Shown here: positions 8,966-18,543 of the stretch, in pieces
Position numbering within the stretch: position 1 is the first letter of the stretch
Layout of the letters: each line of letters opens with the position of its first letter
Assembly: GCA_963666315.2 (NCBI GenBank)
Contig: CAXXHG010000040.1
Span: forward strand, 55,149 to 119,148
DNA length: 64,000 nucleotides
Source: Candidatus Binatia bacterium
GTDB lineage: Bacteria; Desulfobacterota; Binatia; Bin18
Reading direction: 5' to 3'
Translations under genes and position numbers: made by a program
Notes under the pieces: model-generated
Databases searched by the model: none
What the model was told of the DNA's origin: nothing
What the model saw: the letters and a program-made list of their open reading frames with translations, nothing else

Positions 8966-10252
8966 TCACTCAAAAATCCTCTCACCGCTGGCAAATAACT
9001 GCCAGACGATGAGGCCCACACCTGAGATGCCAGCTGCCAGGTAAAAGGCGAGATCCCAACTGCCAGTCGCCTGGATGATGAATCCGGTCACAATAGGAGC
9101 CAGGATGCCCGGAATGGTTCCGACGGTGTTGGCAATGCCCATCAGCACCCCGGCATAGCGCGGCCCGATATCCAAATGATTGACGAGAAAGCCGGCTGCC
9201 GACAGCGCCACAGCTCCCAACCCGAGGGTGATATACAGTAGCGCCAGCCACTGCGAGGTGGTGGCTGACAGCAAGAGCAGACACAGCGCCGAACCCGCAA
9301 AACTCAGACCCTGAAAACTCTTGCGTACTACTGTCGGACTCACCCCACGGTGTATCAGCCCATCGGCTATCCAGCCGGCCGTATTGGCAATGATCAGCAT
9401 GACCAAATAGGGCAGCATCAAGTACAGACCCATCTCTTGGAGCGAAAACCCCCAGACATTGACCAGGTAAATGGGCATCCAGGTCAGAAACATATACCAA
9501 GTCCACAAGGCACAAAATTGGCCGACTAACAAAGCCCAAAATGCGCTGGACGAGAAAAATAGCCGCCAGGGCACGGTTTCGACCGGATCCGCCTGCGGCC
9601 GGTCTTGCTGGATATAGACCAGTTCGGCAGGAGAGATGGTCGGGTGGCCCTCAGGCCGGCTGGTGACCAGGAAATACCAGAGGACGGCCCACACGATGCC
9701 CAAGAGTCCAAAGGTATAGAACACCCACGGCCAGCCCCAGGTGGTCATCAACCATACGGCGACAGGAAAAGCGATCATCAAGCCGAGGTAGACGCCAGTC
9801 AGGTTAAAGGCGATAACGCGTGAACGTTCACGCGCCGGAATCCAGCGAGCGGTCATGCTGTATAACGCCGGTGGAGTCACGCCTTCGCCAATACCGAGTC
9901 CGATCCGGGCGGCGATCATAAGCGGAACTGTACGCGCAAACGGAGTGATAAAGGTGAACGCTGACCACCACAGGACGGCAAAACCTAAGATGCCCTTGCC
10001 GCCAAAACGATCGGCGATCAAGCCGCCGGGGAGTTGGGTGAACAGATAGCCGACAAAAAAGGCAGACAGGATAGTGCCCATCATGGCCTCGTCCCAGCCG
10101 AACTCTTTCATCAGCACAGGCGCGACCACGGAAATACTGACGCGGTCGATATATAGGATCAGCGTGCAGGTGAAGAAGAAAAGAATGATCGTAAACCGGC
10201 GCGGCCAGCCGACCGGTTGTTCCACACCAGCGCTGTCAGCATTGAGGGTCAT
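8966..10252 (-). CDS. MFS transporter, ACS (SLC17-like) family
   Basis: YIDRVSISV, QLPGG.IADRFGGK, ARWIP..ERSR, GIANTVGTIPG. Confidence 0.9.
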   Translation of the reverse strand: MTLNADSAGVEQPVGWPRRFTIILFFFTCTLILYIDRVSISVVAPVLMKEFGWDEAMMGTILSAFFVGYLFTQLPGGLIADRFGGKGILGFAVLWWSAFTFITPFARTVPLMIAARIGLGIGEGVTPPALYSMTARWIPARERSRVIAFNLTGVYLGLMIAFPVAVWLMTTWGWPWVFYTFGLLGIVWAVLWYFLVTSRPEGHPTISPAELVYIQQDRPQADPVETVPWRLFFSSSAFWALLVGQFCALWTWYMFLTWMPIYLVNVWGFSLQEMGLYLMLPYLVMLIIANTAGWIADGLIHRGVSPTVVRKSFQGLSFAGSALCLLLLSATTSQWLALLYITLGLGAVALSAAGFLVNHLDIGPRYAGVLMGIANTVGTIPGILAPIVTGFIIQATGSWDLAFYLAAGISGVGLIVWQLFASGERIFE

Positions 10253-10384
10253 AGACTTACTTCAATCCCGCTTTACGCAGGACGGCAAGCTCACGCTTGA
10301 CAGGGTGGGATTCTTCCATCGCCAGATTGTCTGTCGCCGCTTTGGTTTTGTCAAATGCGTAATGCTTTGGCTGGAGTGTGAGTT

Positions 10385-10846
10385 TTATTTCCTCCGTAAA
10401 AACTCCTGAGGAGTCATAACCGGGACGCGTATCTTGCCGCGGAAGTGATCCGCATCCCAAGAGACAAACTGGCCAGCTTCTGGGTGGACATCGAGGACGG
10501 CCATGAGGAGGGCATCTCCGAAGCCGGCTTTCCGTTCGAGAAAGCGGAAGACATCTTCTACAGTGAGGCGAGGAAGGTGTTGCTTGGGAGTGGCAGCGGG
10601 AAGAACCGCGCAGTTATATTTCTGAGGAAAGTATTGAAAGAATTCTCTGAGTTGCTGGGTGTTCAGATTGAAAGAAAGAATCCCGCAGACCTCAAGCACG
10701 TTAAAAATAGTCGTCGCTCCTTGCCCTTCACGTGCAAGCTTTTCCAAGAACTTGCGGTTCGTAGAAAAATGCCGGTCACGGCGGTAGCGAAGGTCAATGA
10801 CAAAGACGGTGGTATCGACAAATATCAGCTCCGCCTCCGTGTCCAT
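10385..10846 (-). CDS. PIN-domain toxin
   Basis: IFVDTTVF, EVCG, FGDAL, FVSWDADHF; overlaps the upstream antitoxin. Confidence 0.8.
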   Translation of the reverse strand: MDTEAELIFVDTTVFVIDLRYRRDRHFSTNRKFLEKLAREGQGATTIFNVLEVCGILSFNLNTQQLREFFQYFPQKYNCAVLPAATPKQHLPRLTVEDVFRFLERKAGFGDALLMAVLDVHPEAGQFVSWDADHFRGKIRVPVMTPQEFLRRK

Positions 10847-11085
10847 TGCATGGCCTCCTGCCATGTCTTCAATTGAGGCTGCGTCGTGCGTAGCGACTGC
10901 TCGATATCAGCCCAGGCTTCTTCAAAAGACCGAATATCTGAGTCGTCTAACTGTTCTTGATAGACGGGCGAGAGCACGGCATGGGGCTTACCGTGCTTGG
11001 TGATCAGAACCCTTTGACCACTCCCAACTTGACGCAGAATTTCCCCAGTATGATTTTTGAGCTCTTTCGCACTATAGGATTTCAT
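10825..11085 (-). CDS. Phd/YefM family antitoxin
   Basis: SAKELKNHTGEIL..V..G..V.ITKHGKP.AVL.P. Confidence 0.9.
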   Translation of the reverse strand: MKSYSAKELKNHTGEILRQVGSGQRVLITKHGKPHAVLSPVYQEQLDDSDIRSFEEAWADIEQSLRTTQPQLKTWQEAMQWTRRRS

Positions 11086-11094
11086 AAGACTTCT

Positions 11095-11135
11095 ATAAAA
11101 TAACTACTTTTATATTATAAGTAACTATTTTTGAA
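11095..11135 (-). promoter_or_regulatory. AT-rich TA promoter/operator with TAACTA direct repeat
   Basis: taactactttt...taactattttt immediately upstream of the antitoxin. Confidence 0.45.
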
Positions 11136-11204
11136 AGGTTAGACAAGAGCCAGATAATCGAGGAATCCGCTTTTAGTCTGTGCACTCCACCTCCCTCATC
11201 GCAG

Positions 11205-11627
11205 CTACGGCTGTTTCATCCCTACGAGACGAAATTTCGGCAATGTGATTGCTGGAGTAATATCATCGAATGTGACTTCGACTGGCAGGTCACAATCGAG
11301 GTCTTCATTTGCACAGCCTATAATCTGGCTGATGATCTGGGGTCCTTCCTCTAGATGAATGAGCGCAACATTATAGGGAATCTCGTTGGCAAAGCCTGGG
11401 TGCCACTGTTGGTAATAAATGCCGTACGAATAAATTCTGCCCCTGCCGCTGAGTTGAACCCAGTCTTGGTCCGGGCTCAGACAGTTTGTACACGCAGGCC
11501 CAGGCGGCAGGTGGATATAGCCACAGGCTTTGCACTGCTGAGCCACAAACTCGTAGCGCTGGGCGGCTTGCCAATACGGTTCGTTCCATTTTTCGATAAC
11601 TGGCAGGGGTTTGTTGTAGTCGGTCAT
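11205..11627 (-). CDS. DUF35 Zn-ribbon/OB-fold protein (ChsH2-like)
   Basis: QQCKACG...PP...C..C, SGRG.IYSY, PYNVALI.LEEGP. Confidence 0.9.
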   Translation of the reverse strand: MTDYNKPLPVIEKWNEPYWQAAQRYEFVAQQCKACGYIHLPPGPACTNCLSPDQDWVQLSGRGRIYSYGIYYQQWHPGFANEIPYNVALIHLEEGPQIISQIIGCANEDLDCDLPVEVTFDDITPAITLPKFRLVGMKQP

Positions 11628-11643
11628 GCGTTCTTCCTCCGCT

Positions 11644-12789
11644 TTACCTACGCAAAATCAACGCGCCAGCGTGCTCGCGCAGACCGCCGGTGTACGTACA
11701 CATAATGCGTTCTACCGCCTCGATCTGGCGTTCTCCACACTCAGCGCGCAGCTGACGGACGGCATCATAAGTGTTTTGCCAGCCGACCATATAGGTTTCA
11801 GACAGCTGCCCGCCGTTGACGTTGAGTGGCAGTTCACCCCCAAGCGCAATCCGTCCGTCTTGAATCCAGTGACCCGATTCGCCACGTGGACAAAAACCAT
11901 AATTTTCTAACGCGGCGATCACCGCAGGACTGTAGGCATCTTGGACGTATAAGGCTTGTATGTCCCGTGTGGTGCACCCAGCCATAGCAAAGACCATCTT
12001 GGCCACGGCCTCTTGCTGAAAGCTTTGCATCACCAGGTCGGGAGTTTCATAAGCACGAAAGGCTTCTTGGCGTCCCATGCCACGGATATAAACCGGGGGC
12101 TTGTTGAGGTCTTTTGCGCGCTCCGGGGTGGTCAGGATAAAGGCGTGTCCGCCGTCGGTGATGTAGCAATAGTCGAACAAACGCAGCGGCCATACGATGT
12201 AGCGCGCACTCATATAGTCGTCGAGCGTGATCGGCGTCTGCTGGGCAGCTTTGGGATTTAGCATAGCGTTCTTGCGCTGGGTCATCGCAATCGTGGCAAG
12301 CTGCTCCTCGGTCGTACCGTATAGATGCATGTGGCGGCGAAAGGCAAACGCAAACGGGCCGGATGGATTAAAGGCGCCGTACGGTGCGTGTTCTTCGAGC
12401 AGTGCGCCACCAAATCTATTTCTATTGGTCTTTTGATTGGTGGCGTAGACGAGCAGAATGTAGTTGGCCATGCCCGCGTTGAGGAGCAGGGCGGCATGCT
12501 GGATCATGTAACAGCCTGTTGCGCCGGATGCTTCAACTGCGCCGCCGACTTTTGGATTCAGGCCGAGCATCAGCCCGACTTTGAGATAATCGCCCTGACG
12601 GCCATAGCTGGGCTGGACGAACAAGCCGTCGATATCGTCTTTTTTTAGACCGCAATCTGCCAGCGCTGCCCTGGCCGCATCAATGGCTAACTCATCGCCA
12701 GTCTTGTCTGGTATAGCGCCTTGTTTGGTGTCACCCACGCCGACAATGCAGACTTGGTCGCGAAGATTGTGAAGATCCTGAAGCCGCAT
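11644..12789 (-). CDS. Thiolase-like protein (Ltp2/SCP-x type)
   Basis: IVGVG.T, RRHMHLYG.T.EQLA, PL.LFDYC..TDGG, NGGQLSETY. Confidence 0.85.
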   Translation of the reverse strand: MRLQDLHNLRDQVCIVGVGDTKQGAIPDKTGDELAIDAARAALADCGLKKDDIDGLFVQPSYGRQGDYLKVGLMLGLNPKVGGAVEASGATGCYMIQHAALLLNAGMANYILLVYATNQKTNRNRFGGALLEEHAPYGAFNPSGPFAFAFRRHMHLYGTTEEQLATIAMTQRKNAMLNPKAAQQTPITLDDYMSARYIVWPLRLFDYCYITDGGHAFILTTPERAKDLNKPPVYIRGMGRQEAFRAYETPDLVMQSFQQEAVAKMVFAMAGCTTRDIQALYVQDAYSPAVIAALENYGFCPRGESGHWIQDGRIALGGELPLNVNGGQLSETYMVGWQNTYDAVRQLRAECGERQIEAVERIMCTYTGGLREHAGALILRR

Positions 12790-12957
12790 ACATCTCCCTC
12801 CCGGCCCGGAGCTTAATCGAAGCCGAGGGTAAGGTGCAAGTCAGTTGGGAGAGTATTTACTGAGCTGCTTGACGAAGAAGGCGGTGAAGCGCTAAGGCAC
12901 AATGTCAAAGGGACCTGTGTCGGGAGTTGAGAATCTTAAAACAAGGAGGGTCACAGC

Positions 12958-13269
12958 ATGGTGTATGAGATGCGCGTGTATACGCTGCAGCCGGGTAAGG
13001 TGCCGGAGTTTCAGGCACTCATAGAAAAAGAAGGACTGCCAGTAATCAGCAAATACTCCAAACTGGTGGGCTGGTGGTCGACCGAGGTCGGTCCGTTAAA
13101 CGAGGTCGTCCATATTTGGGCATATGAAGATATGAATCATCGGGCCCAAGCCCGTGCAGCCCAGGCAGAAGATCCTCAGCTGCAGGCGTTTCGTCCCAAG
13201 GCCCCAGGCATGATTGTGAGCCAGTACAACAAAATCCTTACTCCAGCGAGCTTCTCGCCCCTGCAGTAG
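12958..13269 (+). CDS. NIPSNAP family protein
   Basis: YEMRVYTLQPGK, EVGPLNEVVHIWAY, L.PASFSPLQ. Confidence 0.9.
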   Translation: MVYEMRVYTLQPGKVPEFQALIEKEGLPVISKYSKLVGWWSTEVGPLNEVVHIWAYEDMNHRAQARAAQAEDPQLQAFRPKAPGMIVSQYNKILTPASFSPLQ

Positions 13270-13308
13270 GGTCCAGTACAAAAACAGTCAACCTGTTTGG
13301 GAATCCGA

Positions 13309-13430
13309 TTTGCCTCCTCGCCCGCTGGCGGGAGAGGACTGAGGTGAGGGTGGATGAAATCTCATTCCATGCCCCTCACCCGTATCCGCTTACGCGTCTG
13401 CTGCCCTCTCCCCGTAGGGGCGAGGGAATT
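13309..13430. repeat. Inverted pair of REP-like palindromes (CCCTCACCC..CCCTCTCCCnnnnGGGnGAGGG family)
   Basis: cctcgcccgctggcgggagaggactgaggtgaggg ... ccctcaccc...ccctctccccgtaggggcgaggg between convergent genes. Confidence 0.7.
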
Positions 13431-13497
13431 ACCATTCCCAAGGAGGTGCCCTGAAGCTGCACTAGGCCTCGTCTGGATCGCAAGTGGAGCATAGCGT

Positions 13498-14301
13498 TCA
13501 GGCCGCGAGACCCGCAATAAACCTGAGTGTGGCCTCGGCGCATTCTTCCGGCATAGCCGCAGCCAGATGGTAGGCTGGGCTGGGTAACACCAAAAGCTGA
13601 GAGTTGGGAATACGCGTCTGCCAGTCTCGGACCGTCTCCACTGAGGCAAGGGCGCTCCTGTCACTAGTGATAACCAGAGTAGGGGCTTGGATCTGGGGCA
13701 GAAGCGCGGTGATATCCATGCGCTCGACATACCGAAAAATCCCAGCCATGACTTGGGGTGAGGATTTGCCCATTTCGGTGATCCACCACTCCTTCATTGC
13801 TGGGCTGACAGTGCCCAAACGACGGTCCATAGTGCTGCGTGCCCAGGCTTCGACTCCGTCCTTTTGGACCTGCGCAAGCCAGGCATCCGGGTTGAGAGAA
13901 CTTTTGGCGAGCGTTGCTGGTCCGCCAATTACGGTTAGGCTTTTGACGCGGTCGGGATAGTCATGGGAAAATTGCATGGCCACGCTTCCACCCACGCGTT
14001 GTCCGACAACATGAACGGCCGCAATCTCAAGCTGATCGAGGAGGATTTGTAGGTCTTGGGCAAAGCCACTCAGAGACCAGTCATAGTCCGGTGGCGGAAC
14101 AGAAGAGTGCCCAAAACCTCTCAGATCCGGCCGCAGCAGCCGGAACCGTCGGGCCAGACGAGGTAGCCAGGCGAACCACGCCTTACTCGTGTCGGCTACG
14201 CCGTGAATGAGGAGGATGGTCTCCGGGGTTGTCCACGGATCTGTATAATCGTCGAGTTCGTAGTGCAGGTCGAGAGTCTCATCAATGCGCACGGTTGGCA
14301 T
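13498..14301 (-). CDS. Alpha/beta-fold hydrolase
   Basis: LLIHG, PDLRGFGHS; the nucleophile elbow reads GQRVGG, with no canonical Ser. Confidence 0.85.
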   Translation of the reverse strand: MPTVRIDETLDLHYELDDYTDPWTTPETILLIHGVADTSKAWFAWLPRLARRFRLLRPDLRGFGHSSVPPPDYDWSLSGFAQDLQILLDQLEIAAVHVVGQRVGGSVAMQFSHDYPDRVKSLTVIGGPATLAKSSLNPDAWLAQVQKDGVEAWARSTMDRRLGTVSPAMKEWWITEMGKSSPQVMAGIFRYVERMDITALLPQIQAPTLVITSDRSALASVETVRDWQTRIPNSQLLVLPSPAYHLAAAMPEECAEATLRFIAGLAA

Positions 14302-14314
14302 GCTTGCCTCTTGG

Positions 14315-14935
14315 CTACAAATGCTTGACCGACTCTTCGATCATGCCGTCGAGTTCTTTGGCTTTTTCCTGCTCCAGCTTCGTCCGTTGAGCCAGGATAG
14401 TGCCCCACGAGTCGCCGTCATATTTATGGAATTTGTCAATATTCCACAGCTCGGCCCGTTTGAACGACTTGGGGCAATGAAAATAACATTCTTCGACTTT
14501 TACCTCGATGGCAAGTTGGGCCGGCCGGTTACGTGCGCTGAGTCGCCTTAAGAGTTGGGGTTCATCCACAATGCGTGCGTGGCCGTTGATGCGCATCGTC
14601 CATTCCTCACCCGGAATAAGAAAGAGCAGGCCGACGTGTGGATTCTCCGCAATATTGCTGATGCTCTGGAACATTTTATTGCCCACACGATCAGGCAGGT
14701 ACAGGGTGTGTTTATCTCCAATCTGGATGAAGCCCGGAGGGTCGCCTTTGGGTGAGGCATCACACCGGCCTTGCGCATCGGCAGTGGAAACAATCACAAA
14801 CGGACACTGTTTGAGAAAACGCGCGGCTGCTTCATCAATGTAGGCCAGCTTATGTTTTTCTGCGAGTTGGTCCGGAGCCCCGAATCGATCGGCAAGATCC
14901 TGTGCATTGCTTGGTACTACTTGGGCTGTACTCAT
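14315..14935 (-). CDS. MSMEG_1061-type pyridoxamine 5'-phosphate oxidase family FMN-binding protein
   Basis: DASPKGDPPGF, PDRVGN, NPHVGLLFLIPG, YFHCPKSF.RAELW. Confidence 0.88.
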   Translation of the reverse strand: MSTAQVVPSNAQDLADRFGAPDQLAEKHKLAYIDEAAARFLKQCPFVIVSTADAQGRCDASPKGDPPGFIQIGDKHTLYLPDRVGNKMFQSISNIAENPHVGLLFLIPGEEWTMRINGHARIVDEPQLLRRLSARNRPAQLAIEVKVEECYFHCPKSFKRAELWNIDKFHKYDGDSWGTILAQRTKLEQEKAKELDGMIEESVKHL

Positions 14936-15040
14936 AACACCCTCCTTTTTGCCTATGCAGAGTAGGCCAATTTGCAAGCTGATACAAAGGATTGTACAAC
15001 AGCGGCACGCGCGCGACTATACAGATGCACAAGGGGGGAG

Positions 15041-16147
15041 ATGATCGTGAGTCAGGGACAGTACCGAGAACACGTTCAATATGCACAAGAAAAGCTGCTG
15101 CTCTTCTTCCGAACATTTGAGGACATTCAGGAGAATATGCATTTTGGGCGTATTCCTGAGGCCCAGGATCGACTCCGGACAACTATTGGTGATTTTTTCA
15201 CAGTCTTTCGGTCCACACTGGCTGCCCTCGAACCGCCCGAAGACCTCAAAGAGTTTCACTCTGCGTTCTGTGCGGCGCTGACCCACCTCGATAACGCCAG
15301 TCGAACCTTTCTCGAAGGAGTGCCGGGACCAAACTTTGGCGCGGCGTTTGTCAGCAGTCGTTTTTCCCAGTGTCGAGGACTAGACCTGTTATATAACCAG
15401 CGCGCGCATCTGCCGACGTTGCGATCATACTGGCTGTTGCCGGAAGCAGAATCTAATCTTGATGTATTGGAGACCAGGGCTGACGGTGTGGGCGTTCCCG
15501 TTGGTATGATTCATCACCCGCAAACGCAGGAACACGCGGATTACTCTCTATACGTGCCGGAATATTACACCCCCGACAAAACCTGGCCATTGATTGTCTG
15601 CCTCCACGGTGGATACGGACGGGGCGATGACTATATTTGGACGTGGCTGCGTCCAGCGAAAAGTAAGGGTTATCTCCTGCTGTCACCGAAATCGATCGGG
15701 CCGACCTGGTCCGTCCTCCAACCGCCGGTTGATAGTCGATCGATCCGGGCTATGTTTGACGAGGTGTGTGAGACCTATGCTGTGGACCGCGCGCGAGTAT
15801 ATCTGTCCGGCTTGTCGGACGGCGGGACCTATACGTATTTGCTCGGACTGGACCAAGCCGAACTCTTTGCCGGCATTGCACCCATTGCTGGTGAACTCAG
15901 CCCTGCGACCGATGGCATGCTGCGACAAAAACTAGGCATAGACGTTCCGATTCATGTGATTCACGGCGTGCATGATTTCATCTTTCCGGTCGAGGACGTC
16001 CGATCATCGAATGCACTGCTGGAGCATATTGGCTACCAGGTGAAGTACACCGAGCTACCCGACTGGAGCCACGCTTTGACCTACAACATTAATGAAACCT
16101 ACGTCCTGCCGTGGTTTGAAAGTTTGGAGCCGAAAGGACAAGAGTAA
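15041..16147 (+). CDS. Phospholipase/carboxylesterase family protein
   Basis: LYVPE.Y, PLIVCLHGGYG, GLSDGG, HG.HD.IFPV. Confidence 0.85.
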   Translation: MIVSQGQYREHVQYAQEKLLLFFRTFEDIQENMHFGRIPEAQDRLRTTIGDFFTVFRSTLAALEPPEDLKEFHSAFCAALTHLDNASRTFLEGVPGPNFGAAFVSSRFSQCRGLDLLYNQRAHLPTLRSYWLLPEAESNLDVLETRADGVGVPVGMIHHPQTQEHADYSLYVPEYYTPDKTWPLIVCLHGGYGRGDDYIWTWLRPAKSKGYLLLSPKSIGPTWSVLQPPVDSRSIRAMFDEVCETYAVDRARVYLSGLSDGGTYTYLLGLDQAELFAGIAPIAGELSPATDGMLRQKLGIDVPIHVIHGVHDFIFPVEDVRSSNALLEHIGYQVKYTELPDWSHALTYNINETYVLPWFESLEPKGQE

Positions 16148-16170
16148 ATAGCGTAAACAAGGAGGAGACC

Positions 16171-16656
16171 ATGTCCCAAGATATTGAAGCCCGTCTACAA
16201 GCCCTGGAAGCCAAGATCCAAGATCTCAGCGACCGCGAAGCCATACGCTCGCTCCGCTTTCGTTATCACGAGTGCATCAATGGGGAGGAATTAGGCGCCA
16301 TCCCCGGTCTGTTCACCGAAGATGCGGAGCTGGACTTCGACTACCTGGGAAAAGCCACAGGTCGGGCAGAGATAGCGAAATTCTTTCAAGGGGTTGAGAG
16401 CTTGCTGTCCTTTGTGAAGCAGTTCATTCATAACCATACGGTAGATGTCCAAGGTGATCACGGCAAAGGCTATGCCTACCTCGAAGCCAAAACGATCGCC
16501 AAAGGTGAGGCGTATGTTGTGGCCGCTCGCTATGACGATGAATACGTCAAACAGAATGGGCAGTGGAAGTTTAGGAAAATGTCACTCACTCCGTATTTTA
16601 CCGTCCCTCTCAAAGAGGGTTGGGCCCAGGAAGATCGGCTCAAGATGGGCCGCTAA
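16171..16656 (+). CDS. SnoaL-like/NTF2 domain protein
   Basis: L.DREAI..L...Y, LFTEDA, HNH.V, RY.DEY....G.WKF; RBS AAGGAGG. Confidence 0.85.
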   Translation: MSQDIEARLQALEAKIQDLSDREAIRSLRFRYHECINGEELGAIPGLFTEDAELDFDYLGKATGRAEIAKFFQGVESLLSFVKQFIHNHTVDVQGDHGKGYAYLEAKTIAKGEAYVVAARYDDEYVKQNGQWKFRKMSLTPYFTVPLKEGWAQEDRLKMGR

Positions 16657-16696
16657 CAGCAGACGGCAAAATAGCAGGTGGAGAAAGAGGTATAGG

Positions 16697-17584
16697 ATGG
16701 CCTATCAACAGCTCAGTCTTGATCAGGTGGAAACAGCAGCGACGGGCTTCAGAGGCCCAGAAGGCGTGGTCGTTGACCGTGAAGGCAATGTGTACGGCGG
16801 CGGAACGGACGGAGTGATCCGCAAGCTTGCTCCAGATGGAACGGTCTCCGAATTTGCTCGTACCGGAGGCCGACCTGCTGGCATGGCGCTCGACCAACAG
16901 GGGAATCTGTTTGTGTGTGACCCTGGCAAGGCGGCAGTTCTCAAGGTTACTCCAGACGGGCAGGTAAGTCTGTTTGCCGATCAAGTTGGTGATATCAAAC
17001 TGACGCTACCGAATTTCCCCGTCTTTGACGCCGAGGGCAATCTATACGTATCCAACTCGTCGGACTTTATTATGGCCGACCTTGAACAAGTCATGACAGA
17101 GATCCGCAATCCCGTGCCCAAGGGCAGCCTGGTCCGCCTTCGGCCCGACGGAAGCGGAGACGTTGCCGCCACGGGCATCTATTTCGCCAATGGCACGGCC
17201 ATCGATCCCCAAGAACAAGCCGTGTACGTTTTACAGTCAAGCAAAGACAACTGCATCCGAGTGGCGATGCAGACGGATGGCAGCCATGGCAAGCCCGAGG
17301 TCTTTGGTGAAGATCTTGGCGGTCTACCGGACGGAATGGCCTTCGATACCGAAGGCTATATGATTGTCACCCTGCCCATGATCAACCGACTGGTCGTGCT
17401 CGACCCCAGCGGTACACTGTCCATCCTGATTGACGACCCAGATGGAACCAAGACTCAAGGGCCGACCAACTGCGCCTTTGGTGGACCGAATTTTGACGAC
17501 TTGTATATTGCCCATCTTGAAGCCGATCATATTGCTAAAGTGCATCTCGGCAGAAAAGGACACCCCCTGTACGACCGGCGTTAA
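16697..17584 (+). CDS. SMP-30/gluconolactonase family protein
   Basis: [38 protein letters not shown]. Confidence 0.9.
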   Translation: MAYQQLSLDQVETAATGFRGPEGVVVDREGNVYGGGTDGVIRKLAPDGTVSEFARTGGRPAGMALDQQGNLFVCDPGKAAVLKVTPDGQVSLFADQVGDIKLTLPNFPVFDAEGNLYVSNSSDFIMADLEQVMTEIRNPVPKGSLVRLRPDGSGDVAATGIYFANGTAIDPQEQAVYVLQSSKDNCIRVAMQTDGSHGKPEVFGEDLGGLPDGMAFDTEGYMIVTLPMINRLVVLDPSGTLSILIDDPDGTKTQGPTNCAFGGPNFDDLYIAHLEADHIAKVHLGRKGHPLYDRR

Positions 17585-17690
17585 GGGCAACGTTTTCGAC
17601 TCCCGATCGTATTGAATCGCTGACTCCATTACTTCCCCGTACTTGCCCGCTGTCGCCCACGGAGTGCTCCTACACGCCTAAATCCCCGGT

Positions 17691-17844
17691 TCATTTGCGG
17701 TACATCTGTCTGTTAGAAGCCGGGTATGATATCCGGACTATTCAGGAATTACTCAGCCATTGTGACGTGAGCACGACGATGATCTATACTCATGTGCTGA
17801 ATCGTGGAGGACGAGGGGTAGACAGCCCAGCGGATCGCCTGTGA
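17691..17844 (+). pseudogene. intI: Integron integrase 3' fragment
   Basis: SFAVHL[4-nt duplication TCTG][43 protein letters not shown], the characteristic IntI C-terminus with catalytic Tyr. The N-terminal part is absent. Confidence 0.9.
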
Positions 17845-17856
17845 GCGGGATAGGCC

Positions 17857-18036
17857 ATGCACTCTCAGACCACCAACAAGATCGGCATCGGACAGGCGAA
17901 AACGCGTTTGACGCTCCAGCCTGGACAGCGCGGCGCCAGAACCCTGTCTGTGCGCTATGGAGATTAATTGGTTTGTGTGCGCTATCGATACGATGAACAG
18001 CAAAAGAGGCGATTCAAAACAGTGGAGTTGATTGTG
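17857..18036 (+). pseudogene. Small hypothetical of the type seen downstream of intI, with internal TAA and truncation
   Basis: KTRLTLQPGQRGARTL..RYGD*LVCVRYRYDEQQKRRFKTVELIV; TAA at 17965-17967. Confidence 0.65.
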
Positions 18037-18223
18037 GTTGGCCTCTGACCATATACATTTATACGTGGAGTCGGATGGGGAAGTATCTCCGGACCATATA
18101 GCTCAAAAACTGAAACGGTTATCAGAAGTACAAATACTTGAGTGGTTTCCTGATCTTATGACATCTCCAGAGGTGGAAACCGGGCTGTGGGGCGAAGCTT
18201 ATTTCGTAGAAACACTGGGCTGA
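18032..18223 (+). pseudogene. C-terminal IS200/Y1 (HUH) transposase-like fragment at the end of a gene cassette
   Basis: DHIHL (HUH motif) and LWGEAYFVETLG*; the stop lies directly before an attC R'' box. Confidence 0.65.
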
Positions 18224-18224
18224 A

Positions 18225-18311
18225 GCAGAACATATGCATGCAGAGTGATTGCGAGAAACGGAATCCTTTTCGGAGCGCCGTTTCTCGCAACACCTGATGT
18301 TTCCGTTGTGC
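18225..18311 (+). mobile_element. attC integron cassette recombination site
   Basis: R'' GCAGAAC; L'' ATGCAG; perfect 13-bp inner stem TTGCGAGAAACGG/CCGTTTCTCGCAA; L' CTGATG; R' GTTGTGC; 87 bp total. Confidence 0.75.
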
Positions 18312-18336
18312 CTTAAAGAATTTGGAGACTAAGAAT

Positions 18337-18543
18337 ATGGCGAGTGTATCCGCACGACGGAAGCTCAAAGGTGTCGACTTCGTGGTCGACGAAGATGGGG
18401 AGAAGAAGGCTGTCCTGATTGACCTGAGGCGAAACCGCGCTCTGTGGGAGGATTTCTACGACACGGGACTCGCGAAGGAGCGTGAGGACGAGCCCCGGGA
18501 AACGCGGGAGGAAGTGGCGAGGAGGATACGCGGGAGGGGTTAG
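18337..18543 (+). CDS. Putative antitoxin of a RelE-type TA pair
   Basis: FVVDEDG.KKAVLIDL....LWEDFYD...A.ER.DEPR; its stop overlaps the relE start. Confidence 0.7.
   Translation: MASVSARRKLKGVDFVVDEDGEKKAVLIDLRRNRALWEDFYDTGLAKEREDEPRETREEVARRIRGRG

Noticed and set aside
18032-18223. Active IS200/IS605 element
   Set aside because: Only the C-terminal half is present, with no tnpB or recognisable IS ends.
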